A stretch of DNA of 64,000 nt from Podarcis gaigeae (lineage: Eukaryota). The DNA lies in NCBI GenBank assembly GCA_964106915.2, contig OZ066918.1, one strand, 5' to 3'. Both the position numbers and the translations under genes were made by a program. The notes below the pieces were generated by a model. The model saw only the letters and a list, made by a program, of their open reading frames with translations. It had not been told where the DNA came from and did no database searches. Shown piece by piece: positions 52,197 through 64,000 of this stretch. The number at the start of each line of letters is the position of its first letter. The first letter of the stretch is position 1.

Positions 52197-52838
52197 TCAC
52201 ACGGGCAGAGTTTTAGACACGCTGCGTCGCACGGCGCCGCCCAAGAACCCGCCGACATAGCGCAGCCCGGTAGTCCCGCCAGGTACCGAAGACAGCAAGT
52301 AGACTCCGCCGGCTCCCAGCTGGACAACGGCCCCCAGCGTGGTGAGCAGGGTGCTGCGGAGCCCAAGCGCCGCGTACAGAGTGCCGCCCACCGAGGCTAA
52401 GTAAAGGAGGGCCAGGCCGCGGCGGTCGGGCTCGCCCAGGAGGCGGCTCGGGCCCCGTAAGAAGCCCGCGGCGCCCAAGGCGAAGGTGGAGCCCAGCGAC
52501 CAGAGCAGCGCGAACTTGCGGAGCAACAGGAGCGACCCGTAGAGAGCGGCGAGGCCGAAGCAGAGCGCGGCCAGCAGCAGGCACAGCGCGCTCCCCACCA
52601 GCCGCTGCCAACGGGACAGACCCGTCGGCAGCCACGGATCCGGCTCCGGCTCGGCTGCCCACGGCCACGTCTCCGTCGCGGGGAAAGGGTTGATCCGGCC
52701 CAGCCAAGTCCCCAACCCCGAGCCGGGCTTCTCCGCCTCATCTCGCGGCGGGTTCTGGGGTGCCGAGAGGGCCGCCGAGCTGCCGCCCGCCTTGGACTGA
52801 GCTAAGTACTCCTGCAATTGCCGGTTTAGATCCGCCAT
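52197..52838 (-). CDS. SFT2D3: Vesicle transport protein SFT2C (SFT2 domain-containing 3), single exon, 213 aa
   Basis: Intronless GC-rich ORF MADLNRQLQEYLAQSK...LSRWQRL...RKFALLWSLGS...TLYAALGLRSTLLT...SVSKTLPV with four hydrophobic segments (Got1/Sft2 family). Convergent with WDR33, as recalled for mammals. Confidence 0.95.
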   Translation of the reverse strand: MADLNRQLQEYLAQSKAGGSSAALSAPQNPPRDEAEKPGSGLGTWLGRINPFPATETWPWAAEPEPDPWLPTGLSRWQRLVGSALCLLLAALCFGLAALYGSLLLLRKFALLWSLGSTFALGAAGFLRGPSRLLGEPDRRGLALLYLASVGGTLYAALGLRSTLLTTLGAVVQLGAGGVYLLSSVPGGTTGLRYVGGFLGGAVRRSVSKTLPV

Positions 52839-53110
52839 CTTGGGGAGAAGGCGAAGGGCCTTTTGGGAAAGCGCCGGGGTGGGAAGGCAGTTGCCGATTG
52901 GTCAACTGTCGGCCGGAGTAATGCACTTCCGTGGTTTTTCTTGTCGCCAAGGGTTTGCGTCATCAAGGATCTACTGTACTTTTTCCTTTAGAGACGCTGA
53001 ACTATAGAGATATGAAACTTAGAGAGTGACCATCCGGAGAAGAAACGCCAGTCTCTTTGGACCTTGTTTTCCCCTTCGCCAGGGCGGAATTGAGAGCTGG
53101 CGGGGGCGGG
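52833..53110 (-). promoter_or_regulatory. SFT2D3 CpG-island promoter
   Basis: YY1-type CAAGATGGCGG overlapping the start codon (- strand), CCAAT (gattgg ~52897), ETS CACTTCCG ~52925, GC box GGGGCGGG ~53103. Confidence 0.6.
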
Positions 53111-53897
53111 TTCTAGGATTTTACTATCGCTGTGATAAGGCTGTGATTCAGTCAGAAACAATTACGTAGCGGTAACAAAGAAATGCTTGCTCTATCTTAT
53201 TGTAAAAGTACTGTAACGGTATGCTAGTTTAATTGAAGTCATTTATTACTACAGCAGCTCCTCTTTGGAATGCCTCCCTGATTTCATTTGCCATGTCAAG
53301 ATCACTGAGCAATTTGGTCATGGGGCAGGGGTGGCAACTTGAATAAAATATTGGGGGTCCAGGTAAGCCCTGCCCCACATATTACCCGGTGAATGCACAC
53401 TATTTGAATGGTATTGCCCATCAACTTGAGGCCCCCTCTATAGTTCTGCGCCCTTCTCATTCCTATAGAGGTTGGGTTTGGAGATAAGTGACCCACTGAT
53501 TCTCTCCATTACATCAGGCTTCTGTTATGCCCACAGTGCTGTCTTATCAGCGCTGTCCTGCTCACTCCTGCTTGCTCATCTTGGCTCAGAGGCTTCCAGC
53601 TTTTGGCATATAAATGGTGTCTTACCTTCAAACGTATTTACCAGTTGCATTTCAGCCCTCTCTGAATTGCAACCATGTCCCCTTGCACTCTCAATATCTG
53701 CCACTCCCTAACTTGAGGATGTTAAATAAGAAGAATGCGTGAAGATTAATTTCAATAAGGGCAATAAGCTTGTCCTGAATAACGGCTGCAGATCTGAGAG
53801 GTTTATTGTTGAAAAGATAGCGCAGAGATTCTAGCATAACATTAGGTGGGAGAGGCATGTAATGGACTTCTGTGACTGCCCCTGAATGACCATAATA

Positions 53898-55005
53898 AGG
53901 ATGCTTTTTAACATCTTTATGCGCCCCCTTGCCCAGCTTGTCCGGAATTTTGGGCTGGGTTGCCATCAGTATGCTGATGACACCCAACTCTATCTGTTAA
54001 TGGATGGCCATCCTGACTCGGCCCCAGACACACTGACCAGATGTCTGGAAGCTGTGGCAGGATGGTTACGTGGGAGCCGGTTGAAGTTAAATCCTTCGAA
54101 GACAGAGGTCCTCTGGCTGGGGCGGGACGATATGGGATTGAGGGGGCAACTCCCATCTCTTGCGGGGGTGCAATTAGTGCCAGCACTGTCCGTTAAGAGT
54201 TTGGGTGTAATCTTCGATACCTCCCTCTCTATGGAGGCGCAGATTACAGCTATAACAAAGGCGGCATTTTTTCATCTCCGTCAAGCTAAGCAGTTGGCCC
54301 CTTATCTCTCTCGCCCTGACCTAGCCACTGTGATCCATGCGACGGTCACCTCCAGACTGGATTATTGTAACTCGCTCTACGTGGGGCTGCCCTTGAGACT
54401 GACCCAGAAACTCCAGCGGGTGCAGAATGCTGCGGCGAGACTCCTTATGGGGTCTTCGCTGCGAGATCACATTCATCCGGTACTATACCAGCTGCACTGG
54501 CTCCCGGTGGAGTACAGGATCAGGTTTAAGGTGCTGGTTTTAACCTTTAAAGCCCTATTCGGCCTAGGACCCTCGTACCTACGGGACCGCCTCTCCTGGT
54601 ATGCCCCACAGAGAAACCTACGGTCTGCAAATAATAACATCCTCAAGGTCCCAGGCCTCAGAGAGGTTAGGCTGGCCTCAACTAGAGCCAGGGCCTTCTC
54701 GGCTGCGGCTCCAATCTGGTGGGACGCTCTGTCACAAGAGACTAGGGCCCTGCGGGACCTGACATCTTTCCGCAGGGCCTGCAAGACAGAGCTATTCCAC
54801 CAGGCCTTTGGCCAGGGCGCAGCCTGACTCCCTCCTCTGGCAACCTGCACAGAATTTTGCTTAATAGGTTGCCATCAATTTGATTTTAATTAATTTTTAT
54901 AATGAAATATTTTTAGAATGTGTGATTATTTGACTGTTTGATTATTTGATTGTTGTTAGCCGCCCTGAGCCCGGCTTCGGCTGGGGAGGGCGGGATATAA
55001 ATAAA

Positions 55006-55040
<35 letters not shown>
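53898..55040 (+). mobile_element. Young 5'-truncated L2 LINE, intact RT C-terminus, (TTA)n tail
   Basis: Uninterrupted ~310 codons with LFNIFM, YADDTQLY, LKLNPSKTE, SRLDYCN, LHWLPV; CpGs retained; long pure TTA tail 55009-55040. Confidence 0.95.
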
Positions 55041-55063
<23 letters not shown>

Positions 55064-55149
55064 CGAACAGCTTTAGGGGGGTCTTCATAGTCTCCGCTGT
55101 CCCTTTGGGGCTGCTCCCACTGCGGTGCTTACACGATGGGTTTCCATTC

Positions 55150-55740
55150 CCTACTCAGCCTACGGAGCACCAACAGCCGCGTCCCTCTCTTTCCCGCAAG
55201 CTTGGCTCGTGCCCTGCCGCCCAAGCGCTCCCACCGCCTGGCCCGCCCACCGGCCGGCCACGGCTATTTCATTATTTATTATTTCATTCCCTTTCTAGGA
55301 AAAGTATGTGCTGGGCCGAGCCGAGGGGCGGGAAGAGGAGGCAGCCCGTCTTCTGGAGGCGTTGGGGGGCGGCCCGCCACCGCGGCTGACCCAGGGCGGA
55401 GGACAGGCGAGAGCCAAGCGAGCCGGGCGCTGCTGCCTGAGCCGGGGACCGAGTGGCTCTAGAGCGCGGGCGGGTCTCGTCCTCTCCTCACTTGTCAGGA
55501 CAGCCGCTGCCGGCGCCTCAGCGCGGGGCCGGGAGCCGCCATGACGGGCAGGTAGGAACTGAGCAGCAGGAGAAGCCCTCGGCGTCCCCTCGCCAGCGCC
55601 GGCGGTGAGGATGGGCGGAGAGCGACTCCGCGGCCTCTGGCTCTCAGAGCGGGCAGTTCAGCCCCGTTTCCAGTCGTGAGCCTTCCCGCCGCCGGTAGCC
55701 CCCTCCTGGCCGGTGATATTATCACTTGCACGCTCGGAGC
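55150..55740 (+). promoter_or_regulatory. CpG island / promoter and exon 1 region of LIMS2
   Basis: CpG-dense, GC boxes (ggggcggg ~55326, gggcgg ~55394), contains a Kozak-context ATG. Confidence 0.7.
55541..55551 (+). CDS. LIMS2: LIMS2 (PINCH-2) first coding exon, M-T-G-(S)
   Basis: gccgccATGACGGGCAG|gtagga, perfect Kozak, phase-2 donor. Matches the recalled LIMS2 N-terminus MTGSNMSDALA and the synteny next to SFT2D3. LIM-domain exons lie outside the window. Confidence 0.75.
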
Positions 55741-56236
55741 AGCCCTTGGGAGTGCCCAGAAATCGACCAGCTTAGCTGCTCAGGCTTTTCGCCCTTCCCT
55801 TCGGGATAAAAAAAATGAAATGATGTCAGGGAGGTGTTTACGAATTGGGCTTTCCACGGAATTTGAGGCTGTCCTTTTTTTATTGCTGCAAACCGCTTTG
55901 TTAGGCTTTTTCAACATACAGCCCCTGAAAGATTCCTGTTCCACAATGCGTCCTTTTTAGGGTGCCCAAGACTCGCTGTTGCTTCTGCTACAACAGACTA
56001 ACTCCACCCTGGAATGTGTGACGCTTGCCATTTTTGTTTTAATTGTTTGGTTCAGTAGTGTACTGTATATATATGCAAAGCCCAGACACTTAGCTGCTAC
56101 TGGGCATGTGAAGGAAATAATGAAGGGAGCATCTCTCCAGCAAGGGCAGAGTGAATTTCCCTCAAGGAGGGACCGCAGAGAACTGGCAAAACAAAAGATG
56201 GTGTGGTTTGGGTACAGAAATATTGTAACAATGATA

Positions 56237-56548
56237 AAACAATCAAAGAGCCTTGTGGCAAATTAAAGACTAACAAGTTTATTATGATGTAAGGTTTCAT
56301 GAACTCAAGCCCACTTTGCCAGATGCATGAAATTTAGTTGGCAGGTATAAAGGAGAAAATTTCAAGGTGGGAGTTGAATAGCAATGAAATGAAAAAATTG
56401 CAGTCAGTGAAAACTAGAGCAATTTTATTCTTTTTATACCTATCAACTTTCACTTTATGCATCTGAAAAAGTGGACATGAGTCCCAAAAACCTTATGTCA
56501 TGTTACATTTGTTATTCTTTTAAGGTGCCATAAGATTCTGATTGTTTT
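56237..56548. mobile_element. Penelope-like element relic (two inverted terminal-repeat copies)
   Basis: cttgtggcaaattaaagactaacaagtttatt...cagatgca and its inverse tgcatctga...tttgttattcttttaaggtgccataaga. Confidence 0.7.
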
Positions 56549-57082
56549 CTTGTAAGGAATTAACACAGCTGCACATCTGTAACTGTAATTAGACATTAAT
56601 TGCTAGTGTGAGTGACCATCCTGTGAATGTTCCCCATGTTATCTTTGCCGTGAACAGATGTAGGTAGGAAGAAGAGTGGATTTCGAGATCCCAATGAAGT
56701 TTTGTGTTTTATGTATGAGCTGCCTGTGTGTATCCCATCTGTTGCTTTCTGCATGGTTTTCTGTGGTCTCTAACATTTAGGGCAGGAGGAATCAGAACTT
56801 CTTATTTCCCACTCTGTGTAAAACTAATCGGGACAAATGGAGCACTGACCACATAATGCTATGCATGTTAACTCAGAAGTAAGTCCCACTATGTTCATTC
56901 GGGCTTACTCACAGGTAAGTTTGTATAGAATTGTATTTGAATGTGTTTCATAACATGATATTATTTCCCAGTTCTTTGGGCTCCCTGTAGCTCAGGTGGA
57001 AAAGTTATAATGATTGATTGTGACCAGAAGGAATTAAAGGAAGGTGTTTCACTTTCTCATACTCACCTGTTTGATTATATGT

Positions 57083-57369
57083 CTATTTTGTTAAGTAACT
57101 AAAAGGAGGAAAAGCTATAATCAGCAAACTGGATTCTTCAACAAACTTATATTTTCAAAGTCTTTCATAAGACCTGTTTTAAATAATACACTGTTAAGAA
57201 TCTAATTCTAACAATCATGTCAATTTAAAAACAAGACATGATTGTTAGAATTACATTCTTAACAGTGTATTATTTAAAACAGGTCTTATGAAAGACTTTG
57301 AAAATATAAGTTTGTTGAAGAATCCAGTTTGCTGATTATAGCTTTTCCTCCTTTTAGTTAACAAAATAG
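57083..57369. repeat. Near-perfect long inverted repeat (126-bp core arms, 13-nt loop)
   Basis: 57096-57221 is the reverse complement of 57235-57360 with one mismatch seen. Confidence 0.95.
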
Positions 57370-57499
57370 CTCAGGTGGAAAAGTTATGATGATTGATTAT
57401 GACCAGTGGTCCTTGATTATGACCATTCTATGAAATGAACTGATACTCAGCTGTCCTTCCATTTTCTCCCAAAAGCAACCTTGCATAAGCAGTGTAAGT

Positions 57500-59322
57500 T
57501 CAAGATTGATAAGGAGTTGGTTAGGAAGTGCTTGAAACAAGTTCAGGTATTCAGGGTCAGGTGAATTTCTTTATAGAATACTAAAGGAACTGGCAGGTAT
57601 TGTCTCAGAAGTTATTTGTATCACCTGATAAATTGTGGAGAACAGGTGAGGTGCCACAGAACTGGAGAAAAAGTTTTTGTTGTTGTTGTTATATCACTTA
57701 TATGCCAAAGTGGCATGTTGTCTCAATCCTCAAAAATGGGTGAAAGGAAAATTTGGAAACTCTATAGACTATAGAGTTGATTTTATAAGGTTAAAGTCAG
57801 ATCAGTGCCTGGTTGAGATACTGCTTGGGAATTACAGAAATGCCACCTTGGGTTGTAGGATGGAAGAATGCAGGATATAAATGTAAGAAATTTAATATAT
57901 CAAGAAGTCCATTTGTGAGCACTTTGATAATGCAGTTAATAATAGAAGACAGCATTGATTTTTCAAAAATGTGTATTGTTGCTAAACTCAGTACTTTTTT
58001 GAACACATTATTAGTTTAGTGGATTGTGGGGATGCTTTTGCATATAAATTATCTTTATTTCAGCAGAATGTTTGACAAAGTTGATGCTGATATTTTCATT
58101 AGCAAACAGTTTAATATCAGGTGATTCCCAGAAGGTTGGGAAATTGTTCAGAGAGGGCTAATGGAAATAAGTTTCAAGTGGGGTGCTGCAGAGCTTTTCC
58201 TTTGACCCAGTACTCCTTAATGTTGGAATCAATGACTTAGATGAAGAGGTAGAAGGCATGCTTATCAGATATGTGGATGACGCAATACTGGTGAGGATAC
58301 CTAACACATCAAAAATAAAATTCAAAACGACTTTTATCAAATATCTCACCTGGTGTCTTCATTAAACATTTTTAGGCACCAGGTGAAAACATTCCTCTTC
58401 AACCAGGGCTTTGGCTGGTTAACATTCTAGGTCCTTTAAATGTGCTTGTAGAAGGGAGGTTATTGGTTTGTTTTGGTTTTGCTCTTGTTTTTATGATGTA
58501 TGTTGTACTTTTGTTTTGTATTTTTATGCTGTGAACCGCCCTGAGATCTTCAGATGAATGGCAGTATATAAATTTAATAAATAAATGGAAAACAGAAAAA
58601 AATTACAAAATGAAATTCAATAGCAACAAATGCAAAATTCTTGGCTAAATAAATAAAATATCCAGGTACAGGATGTGGGATATCTGACTTGGCAGTGGCA
58701 CACGTGGAAATAATATTGCAATTGTAGTCAATCACGTGTTGAAACGAGCTTTTTGTGTGCTGTGGCTGCACAAGAGGCTAACGGGATTTTTGGCAGTACA
58801 GTACAGTATTAACAGAACCATAATTTCCAAGCCACAGAAAGTAATAGTTCTACTTTATCCTGCATGTCACACTTTATCCTGAGTACTGTGTCCATTTTGG
58901 GGTGCTGCACTTCAAGAAGAACATGGACATACTGAAAAAGGTTGAGAAGGGCAACGAAATGATCAGTAGTGTGGAAAATGAGGAATAGATGAACTAACTG
59001 TGTATGTGTAGTCTGAAGAAGGAAAGACTGAGAGGAAACGTTAACAGGGCTCTTTCAAATACCTGAAAAGCTTCCACATAGAAATAGGAGACTTGTTCTC
59101 TGCTTCCTTAGAGAACGGGGTAGACCTAATGGGCTTAAGTTACAGGTGAGTATATTTCAGCTGAACATTAGGACAAATGTTTTGATGGTAAGAGCAGTTT
59201 GACAAGAGAACTAAGGTGGGTTTGACCTCACTGGAGGTCTTCAAGTAAAGGCTGGACAGTCATCTTTTGGGAAAGTTGTCACTCTAGATTTCCAGGCACT
59301 CACCAGCTTCATGATTCTGTGA
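57500..59322 (+). mobile_element. Old CR1 LINE, interrupted by an L2 3' fragment (~58349-58584)
   Basis: Decayed GEVPxxW, PVLLNVGINDLDEEVEGMLIRYVDD and ctgagtactgtgtccattttggg motifs; nested piece matches 15706-15939. Confidence 0.8.
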
Positions 59323-59819
59323 CTAATGGATTGAGAGAGGGATTAAGGCTGCATTATTATATGCATAAGCCAGGTGCACTAGGCCAATATCATGTTCACC
59401 TCCATATCTGTGAGTGGAATTTCAATACTCCCTGCTTGAAATATTTGGACCCATTGCTTTGAATGATCATTAAGAAAGCTATTGTTTCCGTGTTAAAAAG
59501 CAGGTAGAATATAGGAGGGAGTGATTTTGCCAGTACTTTTTTGTCTTTTTTATGAAATAGATTTTGGAATTGTCATTTCTTACTTGTAATACATCTAATT
59601 ATACATCTGTGCTTGGTTGGGATACTGGGGAAACTTTTCTGCTACTTGTTTGTGCTTCTTAGTTTAAAGGACTGGTTTTCTGCATTGTTGGATTTTGCTA
59701 CTTTTTCTTTTTTTGGCTTGGATTTTTATATAGCCAGAATCAGCAATAGTAAGCATAATCGCACATAATTTTCAGTATATGAAAAAGTTGTGGTTTTTTT
59801 AAAGGAGAAATAAGTTGAG

Positions 59820-59876
59820 GGGGGTTAGAATAGATGACCCTCATGTCCCTTCCAACTCTATGATTTGATGATTCTG
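59820..59876 (+). mobile_element. CR1 3'-end fragment
   Basis: ggggttagaatagatgaccctcatgtcccttccaactctatgatt. Confidence 0.7.
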
Positions 59877-60570
59877 AGGTTAGGGAGGTCTGGATCATCC
59901 AAACAATATAAACGCTAGTCATGACTCCAGCTTATGTAATGTGATCTCCCTAAAGTGGGCGTGGAATTAGTTGTGTAAAGGAACAGCTTGAGTCTGTAAC
60001 ACTACTGCATCTCAGAGAGAACATAGTGGGGAATGGAATGTAAAGTATGTTTCTTTTCTCAGCTTATTGATATTCTGACTGTATGTAGCTTTTGAAGTAA
60101 GCTTCAAAGCTAGCCTGCTGTTTTCCAGCATTTGTTTTCTCAAGTGGCAATCCGATCACTAGGTAATATAGAATTGTGATGGAACTGGTCAAAGAAGACT
60201 GATACGAAGGAGTCTATTTCAGCAAGTAGTCTTCAGTATTAATTACTAAACAAATTTGGTGGGGGGGTTTTCTCTCAAATTCAGTATTTTGATTCTGTGA
60301 TTTTAGTAAAGGAATCAAGGTAAAAAAAAAATCGAGATTTTTAAATCTTGTTCAAATGACTCTGAACAAATTACACTAATTCCATACTTGAAGAAAAGAA
60401 GGAAGATGTTGAATAGTTACAGAGCAGCAGCTGCTGCATAAGAAGCACGGACTTGTTCTTGTAGTATTTCTGATAAAAGCAGTTTTCTGAAGAAACTGCT
60501 TCCTTGAACCTACAGTGTTATTTGTGGACTGCTCTTCAGTTATCCTCATACAGCTTTTCTACCAGAGGTA

Positions 60571-60701
60571 ATGAATTCCATGGCTGGCGTGAAACTTCGG
60601 GGGCTAGCATCTTCCAAACTCTATCAACGCCGGCAAGATCGTCTGAGTGGCACAGGGTCACTATGGAATGATGGGAAAGACAGGGCAGCTGGGATATTTA
60701 G
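60571..60701 (+). CDS. LIMS2: LIMS2 alternative first coding exon (long N-terminal isoform)
   Basis: MNSMAGVKLRGLASSKLYQRRQDRLSGTGSLWNDGKDRAAGIF+AG|gtaggt. Same phase-2 donor as the MTG exon. Resembles the recalled human long-isoform start MAARLGALAASGLYRRRQ. Confidence 0.7.
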
Positions 60702-63701
60702 GTAGGTTATTTGGATAGCTGTTTTAGATTAATGGTCTCGGATTATTGGAATGTTTCCTTTGAAGCAGGAAGGAAGGCAAAACTAGACAGCCTGACACGA
60801 CTGTGTTTCAGTTTCCACTCTTTGTTTGAAGAGGTATCTTTGGCTCTGGTATTAACAGTTCTGAACAATAGCAGGAAAACAACCATGGGAACTTTTGCCT
60901 CCTTGGTGATGCTGGGCAGGCTAACAATGTGGGAGTTGTAGGCACCACATAAACAAAAGCTAAGGTGCTGTGTAGTCTTAATAGTCTTGTGAAAGTTCAA
61001 GCTTTTGTTGACACCTGGAACAAACCAATACTTTTATACCACCCGAAATAAGTCTTTTCCATTGTAAATAGTTTTCTATGTTATTTTTTTCTTTCTTTTC
61101 ATCATATATTGTCATACTGAAAAAAGAATAGGGATTTGCCCTTCCCTTAATATCTCTAAAGCAGGGCAAAGTTCAGCAAGCACAGTGTTTCCTGTCTTTG
61201 TGATATGTCCCCATGGAATTTCGGTGGTATTCAAAATTCTTACAAGAAACAATACCCTTATCCCCTCTGGAACATGATCATATGCAGGATAAATTAAATA
61301 AACACGTTGATACCTATCATCACCTAGAAGACTCCTGCTCAGTTAGACTTTTAATTTTTTTGCCAAATAGTCGTCAACTCATGTCTATTGCAGGGTTGCC
61401 ATATTTCAAGTGAAATCCAGACAAAAATTCATTGAGCTTTTATTGGAAGGGACAAAGTTGTTGAGCTTTTTTTTTTGGGGGGGGGGAGACCATTGTTTCG
61501 CATAACATAAAGCTATTTCTGCTCCAAGGGTTCACTGGATTGCATTTGGTCTGGTAGTAGAACCAGAAGGCTTTTCTTTTGTTCTAAGCAAATAATGTCT
61601 GGTCTGAATTGCACTAGGCTGTAGGCTCTGTGTCTTAATCTCATTTCCCATAGTAATTCATACACTAAAACGTTTCTGTTTTCGTGACTCACTTACATCC
61701 CATATGAAAATGTGTGGTTTTGGTTCATGAGAGGGTACTGCTTTAGATGCAGGGGAATTAAAAGGGAAGATTCTACAATAGGAGACAAGTTCATTTACTG
61801 AGATACTCCGGAAGGATACTGAAATAATTCAGAAGGGGAAAAATTGTAGATAAAATGGAAAGTGTAGGGCAGTGCTTTTCAAATTGTTCCACTCTCTGAG
61901 AGGTGTTTGAGCATGTTGTAGAGAACAGGTAGCATCAGTTGGGTCCACCAATTCTGTCTGGCATCTCAGAACCCAGAATCCTCAGCCAACTAACTTACTT
62001 AAATAAGATTTGTTTATGTACATTAAAGGTGAATCAGAGACTTGGCTCCTGAGCTCTTGATTTGTTTCTCTCTACTCGTGAGACATGAACACTTACATCA
62101 CAGCAGGTATGTGGAAGTGTTGTAAGTGCAAAGGTCTTTCAATCAACATGGATAGTGAGTATCTGTGAGGCAGAAACAGCCCTCCCCCAATTTTCTTGTC
62201 TGTATTGAAAGGTAGAATTAAGAACAGCCCCTTCTGAATTCTCAGTTGTGCAAACAAGACTGATTGTTTAACACAATGGCAATGAAATACAGTCCGTATC
62301 TACAGGAAAAGGGGTGCCCCCCCACCCCAAGCACCTTCTTCTTAAGGAATTAAATATAACATTGGTATGTTTAAGGAATTAAATATAACATTCACCACGC
62401 CTTTATGCTACATTGCCAACTCATCTTTTACAAGAGACAGAGATACTGTAATTCTTTTGTTAGAGTTCCTAAATATATCAGAGATCAAAATAAATTCTGG
62501 TTGTGGACTGCCTCTCTTGTGCCATCAAGCTCCCAGCTGAGTTGTCACAAGGACCTCCTGAGCAGCTGTGAATTTCAAGCACCGCAAAGCTCCAGGAGAA
62601 TTAATAATAATGATGTGTTTGGGTGTGCACTTGTGTTATTTCTAATGACCTCTTCCTCATGCTGATTTCCATGTATGTGTGAGCCACAGTGTGAAGAAAA
62701 TTCCACAGACTTAGAGGTCTCTTTCGTTGTTGCCTTTTCTTGCTTTTTGTTGATCTTGACTGGCTAATTTGCACATGAAGACTTTTATACCCAAAACAGA
62801 ATACCTTCATTGTATTAATTAAAACTGATGACTTTTAATTATAAATCTTTTAAGCTATGCATATCTGATTATGCTTTGACATTAGACACCACACTTAGTA
62901 AACAGCCTTCCTATGCTATCTACACTGTGCTTTGGTTATGAGTCATCTCTCTGTTGATCTCCAGTGGATCAATGGGATGTGTTTACCAGTCCAGCACAAT
63001 CCCAGGGACAATTACTGCTACAGAGCTTATGTTGCTCACTTTCAGTGGTGGTGCAGGTGCTGTATTGCCCTGTGTTGTCCCACTCCTTGGTTCTCAGGCA
63101 CAAACATATGAGCTTTCTTTAAACCATATGGCACAGTCCTTTCCAGATGGCACTTTTCAGGTATCTCCATTTCACTGCCTCTAGTCTTGTCATTAATAAC
63201 TCTTACTGTCCTGCAGTTTCTCCAGTGAAGCCTCAACATGAGTATGGAGTTGCTATCGGAAGCAAGCTGTCCTCCACCAAACTTTGCTACCAGCTTTGTG
63301 GCATGAATAAGTCTGAAAAGTTTATGCTGTTCATATAAAAGTGGGAAATGGATGATTGCTAGAGCTGCTGCAAAGGCTGAGCAGTCTTAGCAAGGGGCTG
63401 GCAAGCACAGTTATAAAAGTAATTAATTAATAGTCTGGTTGATGGAGATGAGTACTTTAACAAGGTAGGAACAATAATGGAAAGACCTTTTGTAGGATCA
63501 GATGAGGGCAAGGTTGAAGAGTTACTTCCATTTGGAGATGGAGATGTATATTTAAGGGAATTTTATAACAACATCTGTGAAGTTTGCAGTTTTAGATTTG
63601 TCAGTGGCCAGGATAATAGCTCATTCTGTTTGATTTCATAATTATGTGTAATATTTTCTGAATTAATCTTGATTAATTTACATCAGGCTTTCTTTAAGGC
63701 A

Positions 63702-64000
63702 GGGACGCAGGTGGCGCTGTGGGTTAAAGCCTCAGCGCCTAGGACTTGCCGATCGAAAGGTCGGCGGTTCGAATCCCTGCGGCGGGGTGCGCTCCCGCTG
63801 CTCGGTCCCAGCGCCTGCCAACCTAGCAGTTCGAAAGCACCTCCGGGTGCAAGTAGATAAATAGGGACCGCTTACCAGCGGGAAGGTAAACGGCGTTTCC
63901 GTGTGCAGCTCTGGCTCGCCAGAGCAGCGATGTCAGGCTGGCCACGTGACCCGGAAGTGTCTCCGGACAGCGCTGGCCCCTGGCCTCTTAAGTGAGATGG
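63702..64000 (+). mobile_element. Sauria SINE (young, CpG-rich subfamily), runs off the window
   Basis: gggacgcaggtggcgctgtgggttaaa...ggttcgaatccc...gccaacctagcagttcgaaagc. Confidence 0.92.

Noticed and set aside
52046-52950. Additional ORFs overlapping SFT2D3, and similar ORFs at 55105-55960
   Set aside because: Alternative frames in CpG islands where stop codons are rare.
53886-54827. 313-aa host gene or retron-like reverse transcriptase
   Set aside because: It is the C-terminal part of an L2 LINE ORF2, 5'-truncated, with a typical 3' UTR and TTA tail.
62342-62392. 22-bp direct repeat TTAAGGAATTAAATATAACATT with a 7-nt spacer
   Set aside because: Consistent with a trivial local duplication or repair scar; no evidence of function.

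Overview
This is a vertebrate genomic window. Sauria SINEs, CR1, L2, Penelope relics and Mariner/hAT MITEs point to a squamate, most likely a lacertid lizard. It holds the whole coding region of WDR33 (+ strand, 21 coding exons, 7792-47160, about 1298 aa; two exons partly hidden by N-runs). It also holds the intronless convergent gene SFT2D3 (- strand, 52197-52838) and the 5' end of LIMS2 (+ strand, two alternative first coding exons at 55541 and 60571). This order matches the WDR33-SFT2D3-LIMS2 synteny I recall from mammals. The strongest signal is WDR33 intron 6. An in-frame read-through ORF resembles the hydrophobic C-terminus of the human short WDR33 isoform (v2, recalled from memory) and ends in four AATAAA hexamers within 96 bp. 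That suggests an old intronic-polyadenylation switch in the gene for the AAUAAA-reading subunit. Other oddities are a candidate poison exon and an ETS-ETS-TATA cassette in intron 7, a tailless U6 retro-fragment with a TSD, a near-perfect 126-bp-arm palindrome, Penelope inverted repeats with decayed hammerhead cores, and a hAT transposase relic downstream of WDR33. All comparisons to other species are from memory, not from database searches.
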